DNA of 64,000 bases from Azolla caroliniana. Taxonomy: Eukaryota > Plantae > Polypodiophyta. The notes under the pieces are model-generated. The model was not told the origin of the DNA. It made no database searches and saw only the letters and a list, made by a program, of their open reading frames with translations. Of the stretch, positions 51,788 through 64,000 are shown in pieces. The stretch covers positions 1,364,001 to 1,428,000 of the forward strand of contig JBHGNT010000003.1 of assembly GCA_043228905.1 (NCBI GenBank). The letters are read 5' to 3'. Numbering within the stretch: the first letter of the stretch is position 1; each line of letters begins with the position of its first letter. A program made the position numbers and the translations under genes.

Positions 51788-54700
51788 ATGATATCCATGG
51801 AAATGCAGTCCAATCTTTCTCCTTCTCCTTCCTCTGGAGCTTCGAAGGAGACTGCAGCTTACACAAGCTTTATCCCATTCAATTTTCCTGAAAGAGCTCC
51901 GCCTGAGCCATCCCTGTCTTTAAGCTTGGATCGCCCCCATGCATATAATGTTAATACAATGAGGTCTCATCGCGATGAGCAGCAACACAGGAATCTTCTC
52001 TCGAATCCTATGCCGAGATCTTATCAAATGCAAGAAGATTCCCAGGCGGTAACAACTAATCTGATGATAAGCTCGGAGATGGAGTCTTATCGGCTGCGAG
52101 GAGAATCTGGCGCAGGATTGGATTATGTGAGAGAACCTGTCAGCGATTCTTTCCCAACCAGAGAATTGGATGCAGTGAATTGTCGGATGGGAGACGAATC
52201 AGCAGAAGTCGTCGGATCTTTCCAGATAAGAGAATCCGAGATTAGGTCTTATCATCTGATCCAAGAAGATCCGAGAATCAGAGAATCTTTGGACCTATTG
52301 CGACATCATTTCCAACAAAAAGAAGAGGAAGAAATTACAAAACAGGTTCTCCAACATGAAGTGACTGGGGCCAACAAGCCTTTGAGAGAAACAGAGTCTG
52401 TGAATCAGCTCTTCTTCCCGAGAACACAGCATGTGAATCCACCATATCCTTCCTTCCATCCCATAGATCCTGCACATCAGCCCTTCAATCCGTTACTGTT
52501 AGGGCATTTCAATCAGTTTCCTTATGGTCTAGACCAATCTGATTCTTCGGAGAACCCCATAGGCCATGCGAATCAGCCCTTTGCGCGCACAGAGGATGTG
52601 AAGAAAATTGCTCATCCTCACACATACAAGCAAGAAGACCAGAATCCAAAACCGAGCTATGGTAGTGATATTGATAGAATTAGGTCAATGCATCAACGAA
52701 GCATATCGGACATTAGTGTCTGTAACAATCTCGAGTATGATACCAAGAAACCAAGTGAAACCATGAATGAGCCAATGTCTGTGGTTGATCAAACTACCCA
52801 TATGAGTTCAAGATATGATCTTGGACGTCACCCAGAATTGAGCTTGAATCATGAAGAAAACTACGAAGAAGAAGAAGAAGATGAAGGTCAAGAACAACCA
52901 GCAGCACACGATCTTTGTTATGGCATTGAACAAGGACATGGGCCGGGCTATGGTAGCTACAACGAAGACACTCTTGAAAAGCTCGAGGAGCATCCCAGAT
53001 ATGGAGTTCTTTTCCAAAAGCTCAGGGAGAAGGAGCCTATTCATGACCAGTACAGACTGGCATTAACCGATACTTTCTCAACAGAACCAGAGGAGCCAGA
53101 TCATCCCGGCGATAATTTCAATGATGGAGATATTAGGAAGAATGGCAACATTGCCCAGAATGAAGGCATTATTAGCAATAAGAAAGACTTGAGCAAGTAT
53201 GTCCACATCAGTGAGAATGTGCAGATTAGGAAGGATGGAGAAGAGGGCAACAGTGAAGACATAAGCAAGGTTGGAGACATTGTTTGCAACATTAATGGAG
53301 AGATTAGATGCAATGGAGATATTAATAAACATGGAAACATTCCCCAAGACAAGGATCGGAAGTACGATGAAGAATATTCCAACATTTCCCAAGACATCAA
53401 TCGAAAGTACAATCAAGAAGATTCCAACATTCCCCAAGACAAGGGTCGAAAGTACGATCAAGAAGATTCCAACATTCGTCAAGACAAGGGTCTAAAGTAC
53501 GATCAAGAAGATTCCAACATTCCCCAAGACAAGGATCGAAAGTACGACCAAGAAGATTCCAACATTCGTCAAGACAAGGATCGAAAGTACGATCAAGAAG
53601 ATTCCGAGCCAGATGTTGTCATCCCAGAATCAGGGCGATTGGGTGCTGGCATTCATTTGCAAACCATTCCATCTGAATCAATGGAGAATGACAATATGCA
53701 AATCCAGTCAGATCAAGTACCAGAATCGGCACTACATGATCATAGAGCTTCAGAGCAATTGGATGGTATTGTGCTCCTCCAAAGTGGTACACCTGATGAT
53801 GCGACACGCCTCAGAATTGGTACGACTGAAGATATCGTGTGCCTCCAAAGGGGTACACCGAATGATGTACCATGCCCCCAAAATGATCTCCAGCACATCC
53901 CTTCCGATGATGTCATGCCCATCCACGGCACCCTGTCCAATGATGTCATGCCCATCCAAGGCATCCCTACTGATGATATCAGCCCATCCAATGTTACCGC
54001 GTCTGATGTCATGCCCATCCAAGACAGCCCTTCTGATGATACCAACCATGTCCTAGGCGGCCCATCCAATGATGCTGCACACATCCTAGGTGTCCCATCT
54101 GATGATGCCACGTGGGTCCAAGGAGGCGCATCCAATGATATCACATGCCGCCAAAGTTGTCATTCCAATGTTGTCACACACATCCAAAATGGTCCCTCCA
54201 AGAAGATCGAGGAAGGAAAGATACAAGTCCAGTCCGATCTTCCCGGAGTATCCGGCGTACCACTACCACATGATGGGGTGGCTCTCTCACAACAGTGTTA
54301 TCCAGCTCCATTGGCTGCTCATGAAGCAGTGATTAAGGATCGTGAACTTTTTATGACCACATTGAGCGAATTCCTTGCATCTCTTGGAGCAAGGCTAACG
54401 TGAGTGGTAATCGACAAAATTCAATTCAAGCATTGTAATGTGACACTTGTTTCTTTTGTCATTATAATTGTGAACGTAGATCATCCGTGATGTTTTCGTT
54501 TGGCATGAAATTTAAGAAGTTGTTGCATGAATTCATTGACATATTCAAATACTATTCTTCACTCATTTTCTTGTTATTATTCTCAGCTTAGATCATCTAC
54601 TGTGATTTCACTGTGCATTCAAAACTAAGAGGATATTCCTGCATGAACTCGAAAAAGCCTAGCATTCCAGTGCAAGATTTGCATTTAGGTCTCACATTTT

Positions 54701-57700
54701 GTTATTATTCTGCATTACCCTTTTGGCATGAAATCAAGAAGATATTCCATTAAATGGGACAACATTTTCTCCAATCATATAAAAACATTCTCGCACATCG
54801 GTTACACTTACGTGATCTGTACTTTCCCAGGGTTCCAAAGCTGGGAGAAAGTGAATTGGATCTTCATGAATTATATTGCCAGGTGACAAGTAGAGGTGGA
54901 CTTGAGCAGGTAGAATTTGGATTCATATTTTGTGTATGAACCATGTAGATTTTACCTAAACATATAGTGAAAGATTGCATGCATCGAGTCAGTTCATAAA
55001 TATGTAATGAAGATAGTACGTTATGTCGAACATTTGTGAACTTTTAACGATATTTTGATTTAACAATGTTCCAATGAAGGGGCTAGTTATGGTTTCATCA
55101 TATACACGTTTAATTTCATGCCATCAATTTGATGTGTGTTTTCTTTTTAGGTCATTAGTTCAGGACGGTGGAAAGAAGTAGCTGAAGCATTGGGCGTCTC
55201 GAGTTCCTTGCTCAGTGCATCCTTTATCCTCCGGAAGCATTACATGTGTCAATTATTTCATTATGAAAAAGTGTATTACTTCAGAGCAGAGGGGAAAATA
55301 TCGACGGAGCAGCCAGGTAGAAAAATATTTGCGAACATGTTTCTATAGGAGGTTAGATTGCATGTAAATCTCTATCGAGAATATGATATTCGGAACTTCT
55401 ATTTTTTTTTTAAATACTGTAGAGAATGTGAGATTGTAAAATGGCTGCTAATTGTGTTCTTTTTTGTTATCTAGTTCCTTTACCTGCTCCTAGCCCCGTA
55501 GAACCTCATGAGGATGCCCGATCTCCATACGAAGCACCACCCGAAATTGCAGCGTCATTGAGAAAGCGAAAAAAGAAGCTGAATCCTCTGCATGTTTTCG
55601 GAGGTGATACTTTTTTCCCCGACTTCTCGCTCCTTGTTTGCCACTCTCTTAGGGTTCCTTTTTTTGCAAGTTTTTGCTACTTTTTCATCCTAATTATGTA
55701 ATATTTAGAGACGAATTTTGATTTGGATCTTGAGTTTCAGGATTTAGGTAGCATTTCCTCTTTCCAAGAGGATTAGACTTTTAATTTTGCATCTCTTTAG
55801 CACATTTTCTCAACTTATTTACCACGAAAGTCTTCCGCTTTAGCTCAGGTTTGAGTATCTCTTCCAATGATGATGAAGCTCTTATATTAACAAGAAATAA
55901 CATTGAATGCAGTTGATCCTGCCGCATCGATTGGAACTACAGTTACGGGAGCTATACGTGGAAAGTTTGAAGAGGGTTACCTCATCACAGTGGTAGTTGG
56001 CACGGAGAAGTTGTCCGGTGTTCTCTATCATGTTCCAACCGAGAAAAATTCACAGCAATATGCCACTATCCCTAGTCTTCGCGATGGAATAGGATCGGAA
56101 GGAGATCCTAATGGTCTCGAGATACAACTATACGGAAGAAAGAGAAAGGATTATGTTCGAAAGAAAGACCCTAATGCTCCCAAAAGGACTCGAACTGGTT
56201 ACAATATCTTTTTCAAAGAACAGCGAGCAAGATTAAAGCAACTATACCCGGAGTCGAAGGGACATGGCAAGACGGTCATCGAAATGTGGAACAAGCTACC
56301 AGAGAACGATAAAGCTGTGAGTCACTGTTTGATGTTTGATTAAATTACAGTATTCAAATATAAGAAAGTTTTAGGGTTTTTTCTTTTTGAATTCATAATA
56401 ATCTTGTAAGTTTAGGGTCTGATTTCTTTTTGAACTCATGATAATTTTTAAGTTTTAGGGTTTGATTTCATTTTGAACTCATTATAATCTTTTAGGTTTT
56501 AGGGATTGATTTCATTTTCAACTGATGATACTATTTGAAGTTTGAAGTTTTTTCTAAATTTTTAACTCATGATGATCTTGTAATTTTAGTGCTTGATTTC
56601 ATTTCGAACTCGTGATAATCTTTTTGAGTTTTAGGGTTTGATTTCATTTTGAACTAATGATCTCTATGGTTTAGGGTTAGATTATGTTCCAATTCATTAT
56701 TATTCTGACTCCTGATGTGAAGCTGCTTTGATTACTAAATATTTAAAAACCACAACAATTTAAGAGTTAAGTGTATGTTGAGATTTGCTTATTTTCTAGA
56801 TTTTATCCTTCTTGAAACAGTTGTATGTTCTTTGGTTACTAAATACTTAAAAACCGCAACAATTTAAAAGTAAGTGTATGTTGAGATTTGCTTATTTTCT
56901 AGTTTTTTTTATCCTTCTTGAAACAGTTGTATGTTGCTCGTGGTAACGAGGAAAGGGCGAAATATTTGGAAGAGTATAGAGAAAGGATGAGACTGCAGTC
57001 CGAGACACCCCCCGATAATTTGCCCGAAAACAATACCGAGGCGGCCATTGGAGATGATGATGATGATGAAAATGTGAGGTCTTTTGATTCCACACGTGAA
57101 CATGTGCCATATGATGCGACCCATGATTATCACGTGTCTTTGGAAGCTGAAACTAACCTCCATGAAGGCCACGGGAACACATCCGAAAAGGATGATTCAC
57201 CCCAACCTCCTTGTCCATTGGAACCCGAAATGTCCGGTGGACATTTAGTTTCTAGAGAAGAGGCATTATATGAGGTTCATGAAGATGGTGCCGATTACTC
57301 CGGATCAGAGGAGGATGACGGAAAAGAAGTGGATATGGAGGAAGACGAAAATGCGTATGAAGACGAAGGAGAGGAGGAAACCGTTTATCCTCCCCCTAAA
57401 CAAGTGTACCGAAAGGCCGTCTTCTTCGAGCAAGAGAGTGCCAACACGTTAGGCTCGAATCCTAACAATGCAATCTCTACACATTCTTCTTCTTCACTTG
57501 AGCATGTCCATTCATTAGCCTATGTTCCAACAATGTCGCCAAAACAAACCGAAGTGTCCACGGAATCCACGTTCATGCAACCGCCACCTTTAGAACATGC
57601 ATATCAAGAAAATATTAGTAAAGTGGGTTATCAGTTTCTATTGAATGGTGATGATGATATGGTAGCTCCAAGTGATACTATGATGTTACATGAACAACAA

Positions 57701-58186
57701 AGTGGAGTAGGCAGTAGTGATGGGAGTGGGTATGTGTTTTTGAATGCCAGTAATACTTTGTGTTTGTCACTGCCTCCCCGAGAGCAAGAGCAAGCATCAA
57801 CTCGCCCTCAAGAAGAGGAAGGAGTTTCATGTACCTCAACTTATAATCTAACACCTTTGCATCGGAATCAAACTTTTGGGATCCAAGCCCAATATGGGTA
57901 CCCACTGGACATGCCAAATCGGTATTCTCATACTACTACGCATGGCTATCGTCCACATTTTCCTCAATTTACATATCCCTTGCCCATGCCAATAAGTTCG
58001 GTAACAACTCATCCTCTATTGGGGAACACCTACATTACGAGTACACCAACGCAAGCATTAGAATATCAACACTTTTCTGGTTTGGATGTTCATGATGGTG
58101 GAGCCGGACCGTTGACTGGATATAAGGGTCAAGATGACAGTTATAACCCAATTGCATCGTTCAAGAATAGCGGGGTTCAAGAGTAA
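51788..58186 (+). CDS. ARID-HMG box protein (HMGB9/10/11/15-type); exons 51788-54399, 54831-54909, 55151-55316, 55475-55603, 55913-56316, 56927-58186 (~1549 aa)
   Basis: ARID (LDLHELYCQVTSRGGLEQV..WKEV..ASFILRKHY), GKFEEGYLITVVVGTEKLSGVLY linker and HMG box (KDPNAPKRTRTGYNIFF). Exons sum to 4650 nt in frame. Start codon unverified. Confidence 0.88.
53336..53605 (+). repeat. Coding minisatellite, 6 x 45 bp (NIPQDKDRKYDQEDS)
   Basis: Visible in both DNA and translation. Confidence 0.93.
56369..56690. repeat. Intronic ~43-bp degenerate minisatellite containing TTTAGGG
   Basis: ~7 copies of TTTAGGGTTTGATTTCATTTTGAACTCATGATAATC-like units. Confidence 0.75.
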
Positions 58187-59205
58187 AGAATACATCTTTT
58201 TTGTTTGAAGGAATGCTTTTGTATGTCTTTCGTCTATATTTTTTAGTAGGGACCCCTACTATATATACATGTAACTTCTTGTGAAGAGATTATTACTATA
58301 CAATATATTTTGCACATTGAGCAAGTGAATAGAAATTCAATTCTTGCCCTTGGTGTTGTAAACAGAGGGAAACAAAACTTTTCTCAATAAGAAAATTTGT
58401 TCTCTAACATGCATGCCTCCATGCCTCTCGGTATTTAGAGGGGTCATAGACCCTTATTTACATACTACCAATCTTTGGTCAGAAAGAGGATAACTTGCCA
58501 AATCGTTTCACAATGGTTGGAAAATAGGGTTCTTCACGAAGATTTTGATGACCTATATTAGTTATAAAGGGAAAAAGGGAAAATAGTTTCTACTAAATTC
58601 CTAACATACAAATGCATATTTCCTAATGCATGAAAAAGAAAGTTGGCCGATTCATAAATGAAAAAAAAAAATCAAGTAAACAACTCATTGTGTTAACTTT
58701 TAACCCTAATTTTATCAAATGAGAATTAGTTGTAAGTTGACGCAAACCATTAAAGCCAGAGTTTGAAGGGAAGTGCCCAGATTTCCTAAGTTAAAGGCTC
58801 AATGACAAAATTGTGACTTGTTGGTCATAAATTGCAGTCTCCAAAGCCTAAACCCAAATTTTTCATTGAGATTCCAATGGCAAACTGTCAACCGTAAAGT
58901 ATTATTTGCAATTATTAACTTCACTTCACAAAGTTTGAATTTCTAGGCCTAGGCTTATGCTCCATAGGATAAAAGTGGCAACAATAAAGGAAGTACTTTT
59001 ATTTACATTCACTTTCAATGTCATACCTCATAATAACCAATGATTTAGCAATTGGGTAAGTCATGTTCATGCATTGTTTTCATGTCATATTTAAGCACAC
59101 TAGTTATTTACCTATTAAAATTGTAGGTATTCTCAAGTGACAATTGCAATGATTCAAATGCACAAAAACATGTTGGTTATATTTTCTGAGTTGGTAGAGA
59201 ATATA

Positions 59206-59237
<32 letters not shown>

Positions 59238-60409
59238 AAGGACCTTCAACGTGAGATAAGTATGAACTTTCAAGATCGATGTCTTATTATTTCACTCACT
59301 TGGAAAGTGAAGTATTTACATTTCGTTGTCAAAATGATGGGGATTTACTAGGATCTCAATAAATCTCTTCTTTGTATATTGATATTGACTTTCAAGTGTA
59401 AAGAGTTAATATATCCTCTCAAGACATGGGAAATTCCACTACTATGAAGAGGTAAGAACCATGCATTTTGAGGAAAACTTTGTGTCGGCACAAACAACCA
59501 AATCAAGCCACATCACAGTTGCCCCATCCATCAAATTGGCAGGAGTGGAAGTCATTATTATTATGCTTTATTGGCAAAAACATTCGTGAATCGTTTCATG
59601 ATACATATAAATCATCAAATGATACTAAAAAAACCGTTAGGTACAATTTGGACAAATTAAGTTTCTTCACAATATATAGTATGCACAATGCCTAATAGAA
59701 TGCACTCTATTTTGTAGATTACACACATAGGTAGTCATGGTCTAGACTCTATGTATGTATCTATCTACGTGACACGTGTATGTATATATAGATATATGTA
59801 GATATATGATACATACATACACACACACATACACATATTTATATATGTATTATTGCATATAGTTTTATAAAACCTTTTGTAGACAAAACTTGATTCGTGG
59901 AATTGCATAACATGTATACAATTTGTTAAAACTAAGAGTCTTGTTCATGTTAAACGGAGCAAGTATTCCTTTGGAGTTGCTTACTCGTGAGAGTTTTACA
60001 TGAAGTAGTGTTATGATCTCAGAAGATAAGCCTATGCCTATGGTAGGAGGCATGGCCATCTTGATTAAATGATATTTCAACTACTTTGGACATGACTCGA
60101 GCAATCACTATATTACAACAAATCACTTGACAATATATCTAGATTTGTTTTGGCTTATGTTTTTAGGGCTATTTGGTTTTTTACCTAGGTTTCTCCCCCA
60201 TCTTTAGCTATTTTCATTCAATGGATCATATTTTTGCCTCCATGCACAATATGGATATCCCACACCCCACTTAACTATAGCTAACCTATATTCTCGAGTA
60301 GTGATAATTTTATGTATCCACTTAAGCTACCATTACATTATGGTTATGTCTTTAAAATAAATAGAAGTGTGCATCATTGTGTCTCATTCGAATGTCTCTA
60401 GTCTCAAGA

Positions 60410-60932
60410 TACATATAGAGATCGAATGGTCATTTTGTCGTAATTGCTTTCCTTTTTAAGCTTTCAACTCATATAATAGCTCCCAACCTCATATTTATAA
60501 CCATTTGTTGTTTACCACTATCTAGGGTTGGTGCATTCTACATATAGAGATCGAATGGTCATTTTGTCGTAATTGCTTTCCTTTTTAAGCTTTCAACTCA
60601 TATAATAGCTCCCAACCTCATATTTATAACCATTTGTTGTTTACCACTATCTAGGGTTGGTGCATTCTACATATAGAGATCGAATGGTCCTTTTGTCGTA
60701 ATTGCTTTCCTTTTTAAGCTTTCAACTCATATAATAGCTCCCAACCTCATATTTATAACCATTTGTTGTTTACCACTATCTAGGGTTGGTGCATTCTACA
60801 TATAGAGATCGAATGGTCATTTTGTCGTAATTGCTTTCCTTTTTAAGCTTTCAACTCATATAATAGCTCCCAACCTCATATTTATAACCATTTGTTGTTT
60901 ACCACTATCTAGGGTTGGTGCATTCTACATAT
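60410..60932. repeat. 129-bp tandem array, 4 near-identical copies
   Basis: ATCGAATGG at 60421, 60550, 60679 and 60808. Cut at the start of a fifth unit by the next LTR. Confidence 0.96.
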
Positions 60933-63900
60933 TGTGGTGGTCACATGGACCACACCTAGATTAGGCCCCTACCAAGCCCCATGCACCACACATAGACCAC
61001 ACCCAAATTAGGCCCCTACCAAGCCTCATGCACCACACCCAAACTAGGCACCCACCAAGCCCCATAATTAGTAGAGCTAATTGGAGCGGGAGAACACCCT
61101 CCACGCTAAGAGAGAGTCTATAAAATGTAACTTGAGACATAATGAAAGGAGGGCTATTCTTGAGAGCATTTCACATCTTGAGCATTTCACATCTTGGTGG
61201 AGAAGACGGGCCAAGCCACCCCAACTCACGACCCCAACAACGCCCGCCACGATGCAACACGACAACAACGACAACAACGCAAACTCGATGAATCCAGAAT
61301 TCCTACAACACAATCAAGGACACCAGCCCACATCGCCAATCGACCAACTGGTTCAAGCTCTGTCCAACATCATTTTACAAGTTAACCATACTAACCAAGC
61401 CATGTTGTCCTTTCTTTCAGCACGATCCGAGCCACAACAAAATCTCCCGGACTCTCGAGTTCGCCCAAAACCGTTCTCCGGCCTACCATCGGAAGACGTC
61501 CTCTCTTGGCTGGATCATTTCGAAATGGTGGCCAGTTACCACCAGTGGCCACACCCTCGGAAGGCAATGGAGATGAAGACACTCCTCGAGAATATCGCGG
61601 CAACATGGCTTGTACAACAACCCGAAGAGACACGCAACGACTGGGATCTGTTACGGGCAGCCATGATTCGGAATTTTGCTCATCAAGACTCCTGCCAGAC
61701 GGCCCTACAACAACTTGAGTCAATTACCCAACAACCACGCGAACCCATCACCCAGTTCGCGGTTCGTTTTGTGCAGATCCTACGCCGGGCTGACGCCAAC
61801 ATGTCGGAGGACATGAAGTTGTTTTTTTTCTGGCCGCGTATACGACATGACCTCCGTCGCCGTGTACGCGATCAAGGCCCGACGACACTACACGAAGCCA
61901 TCCTCACTGCCCAACGCATCGAAGCTGCAGACGCGCACGACATGCACACACCAGGTAATCTCAGTCATGATCATACAAACACTATACCAGCCGTCACTCC
62001 CATGGACATCGACATCCAGAACGCGCAATTACGTGCCAAGCGTGCATTGCCCGAACTAGACAGCCAGGGACGCCCCAAATGTTTCTACTGCAACAACTAT
62101 GGCCACATTCGGCGTCACTGCCGAAAGTGGCAGAATCACCAACAGAAGCAGAACGTCCAATTGGCTGACGCTGCCTCCCTCTCTGAGCTCCCGAAAAACT
62201 AATGCGCGGGGTGCCGCAGGGAGAGCCGCCCCCGCACGTCCACGTCTCCACGTCCTCAACTTCTCCCGTTTCTCCCACGATCGAGCCGCCCCCGCATGTC
62301 CACGCCTCCACTTCATCAACTTCGCCCGTTTGTACCACAATCTCCCGCCTCCAGCACACGACCCAAGAAGTTCTCCTCGACTCCGGCAGCAACATCTCTT
62401 CCATCAGCGCAGATTTAGTCACCCAATTACAACTTCCCACGAGCCACGCACCGCCCATTAAAATCCTCTTCGGCGACCAACAACAGGTGTACCACTCACA
62501 TACGCAAGTCAGGTGCATGCTCACCATTAGTTCCGCCCAGATCCACCATCGTTTCTACGTCCTCCCGCGCCAGTTGTTCCCAATCACCTTGGGATGTGAT
62601 TGGTTCCTCCATAGTCGAGCCTGTCTCGATTTCTCCGCACAACAGCTCTTCCTCCCAAATCACATTCCGATCGCGCTCTTCACTACTCCGCGGGATACCA
62701 CCCACATCAGCAACACACAGTACCTGATATCACCGGCGGAGCGCATCAACGACATCAGACGGCTCCTCGCCACCTTTCCCTCGTCTACACCACCTGTAAA
62801 ACCTCCCTCGGTCCGTTTTCCGATTCACCACACGATTCCTACAGGCAACGCCTGCCCCATCAACGCAGCTCCCCGACGTCGCTCGCCTCTCGACCACGAG
62901 CGCATCGACAACGCCGTCAAAACTATGCTCCAACAAGGGATTATCACACCTTCCAAGAGCGAGTGGATCTCGGAGCCACACATGGTAAAGAAAGGGGATG
63001 GTTCTTACCGCTTTTGTGTCGACTTCCGATAACTGAACCATGTCACCACCCATGACCGATACCCTCTCCCTCGTATCGATGACCTCCTCGACCAGCTTGG
63101 CAAATCAAAGTACTTCACCTCCCTCGATCTAGCCTCGGGATATTGGCAGATCCCGATGAATCCTCACGATGCCCACAAAACTGCATTCCGCACTAGGAAA
63201 GGCATTTTTCAGTTCACACGGATGCCCTTTGGCCTATCTGATGCAGGGAGCACATTCCAGCGAATGGCTAATGCCATCTTCGATGATCTCATCACCCGCC
63301 GTGTCGTCATCGTCTATCTAGACGATATTCTGGTACATACAAGCACTTGGGCAGAACACCTTCAAGTCCTTCGGGAGGTCCTAACTTGTGTTCAACGCTA
63401 TTGATTGCAGCTGCAATGGAAGAAGTGCCGATGGGGTAGTACGTGCCTCCGCTTCCTTGGGTACGTCATCTCCTCCGACGGAATACAAATGGACCCGGAG
63501 AAGACAGAAGCAGTCCAAAAATTCCCACGCCCCACCACAGTCAAGCAGCTTCAACGCTTCCTCGGCCTCCTCACGTTCTCTCTTCGTTTCATCCCACGGC
63601 TAGCCGACCTGTCAGCCCCACTACGCGCGCTCCTACAAAAAGACGCACCCTTCCTGTGGACCGAAGCCTGCGAATCCAGCTTCCTGCAGCTCAAGAGAAC
63701 ACTCCAAGCCTCTGACCTCCTGGCCCACCCTGATTTCACGAAGCCTTTCCATCTGCAGACGGATGCCTCCAATGTCGGCCTTGGTGCAGTCCTGCTCCAA
63801 TCCGACGACAACGACCAACTCCGCCCGATTGCCTACATCAGTCGGTCACTTACCAAAGCCGAACAAAATTACTCGACAACTGAAAAAGAGTTCCTCGCCA

Positions 63901-64000
63901 TCGTCTGGGCATTCCATCGTTTCCACCCATACCTTCACGGATCAAATACATCAGTCGAAACCGACCATCAGCCATTGCTCTCCCTCATAAAGAAGGCTCA
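60933..64000 (+). mobile_element. Unrelated Ty3/gypsy element I (5' part, runs off the window)
   Basis: Short LTR 60933-61191 (TG..CA); PBS TGGTGGAGAAGACGGGC; gag ~61252-62202 with CFYCNNYGHIRRHC; protease LLDSGS; RT MPFGL/YLDD; RNaseH TDAS; stops at ~63030 and ~63402. Confidence 0.9.

Noticed and set aside
56369-56690. Interstitial telomere
   Set aside because: TTTAGGG occurs about once per ~43-bp unit, not as a tandem heptamer array.

Overview
Eukaryotic DNA with spliceosomal introns, from a land plant (probably non-seed; this is inference). Positions ~1.07-43.4 kb are a five-level nest of LTR retrotransposons. It holds at least six copies or fragments of one unusual Ty3/gypsy group (labelled H, A, B, C, F, G, plus a solo LTR) and Tnt1-like Ty1/copia elements (D, E and two solo LTRs). 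The gypsy group has a tRNA-Trp PBS, a D-H-G protease, an FLDD RT, the protease in the gag frame, and a -1 frameshift/pseudoknot signal before RT. Every junction of this group that I could read is a 4-bp site centred on CpG or a deaminated CpG. After the nest come a deleted hAT transposon, an intact 3-exon CYP716-like P450 (a broken paralog fragment sits at the window start), a very long 6-exon ARID-HMG gene, a 129-bp tandem array, and the 5' part of an unrelated gypsy element running off the right edge. Coordinates were read by eye and may be off by a few bases. No database searches were run.
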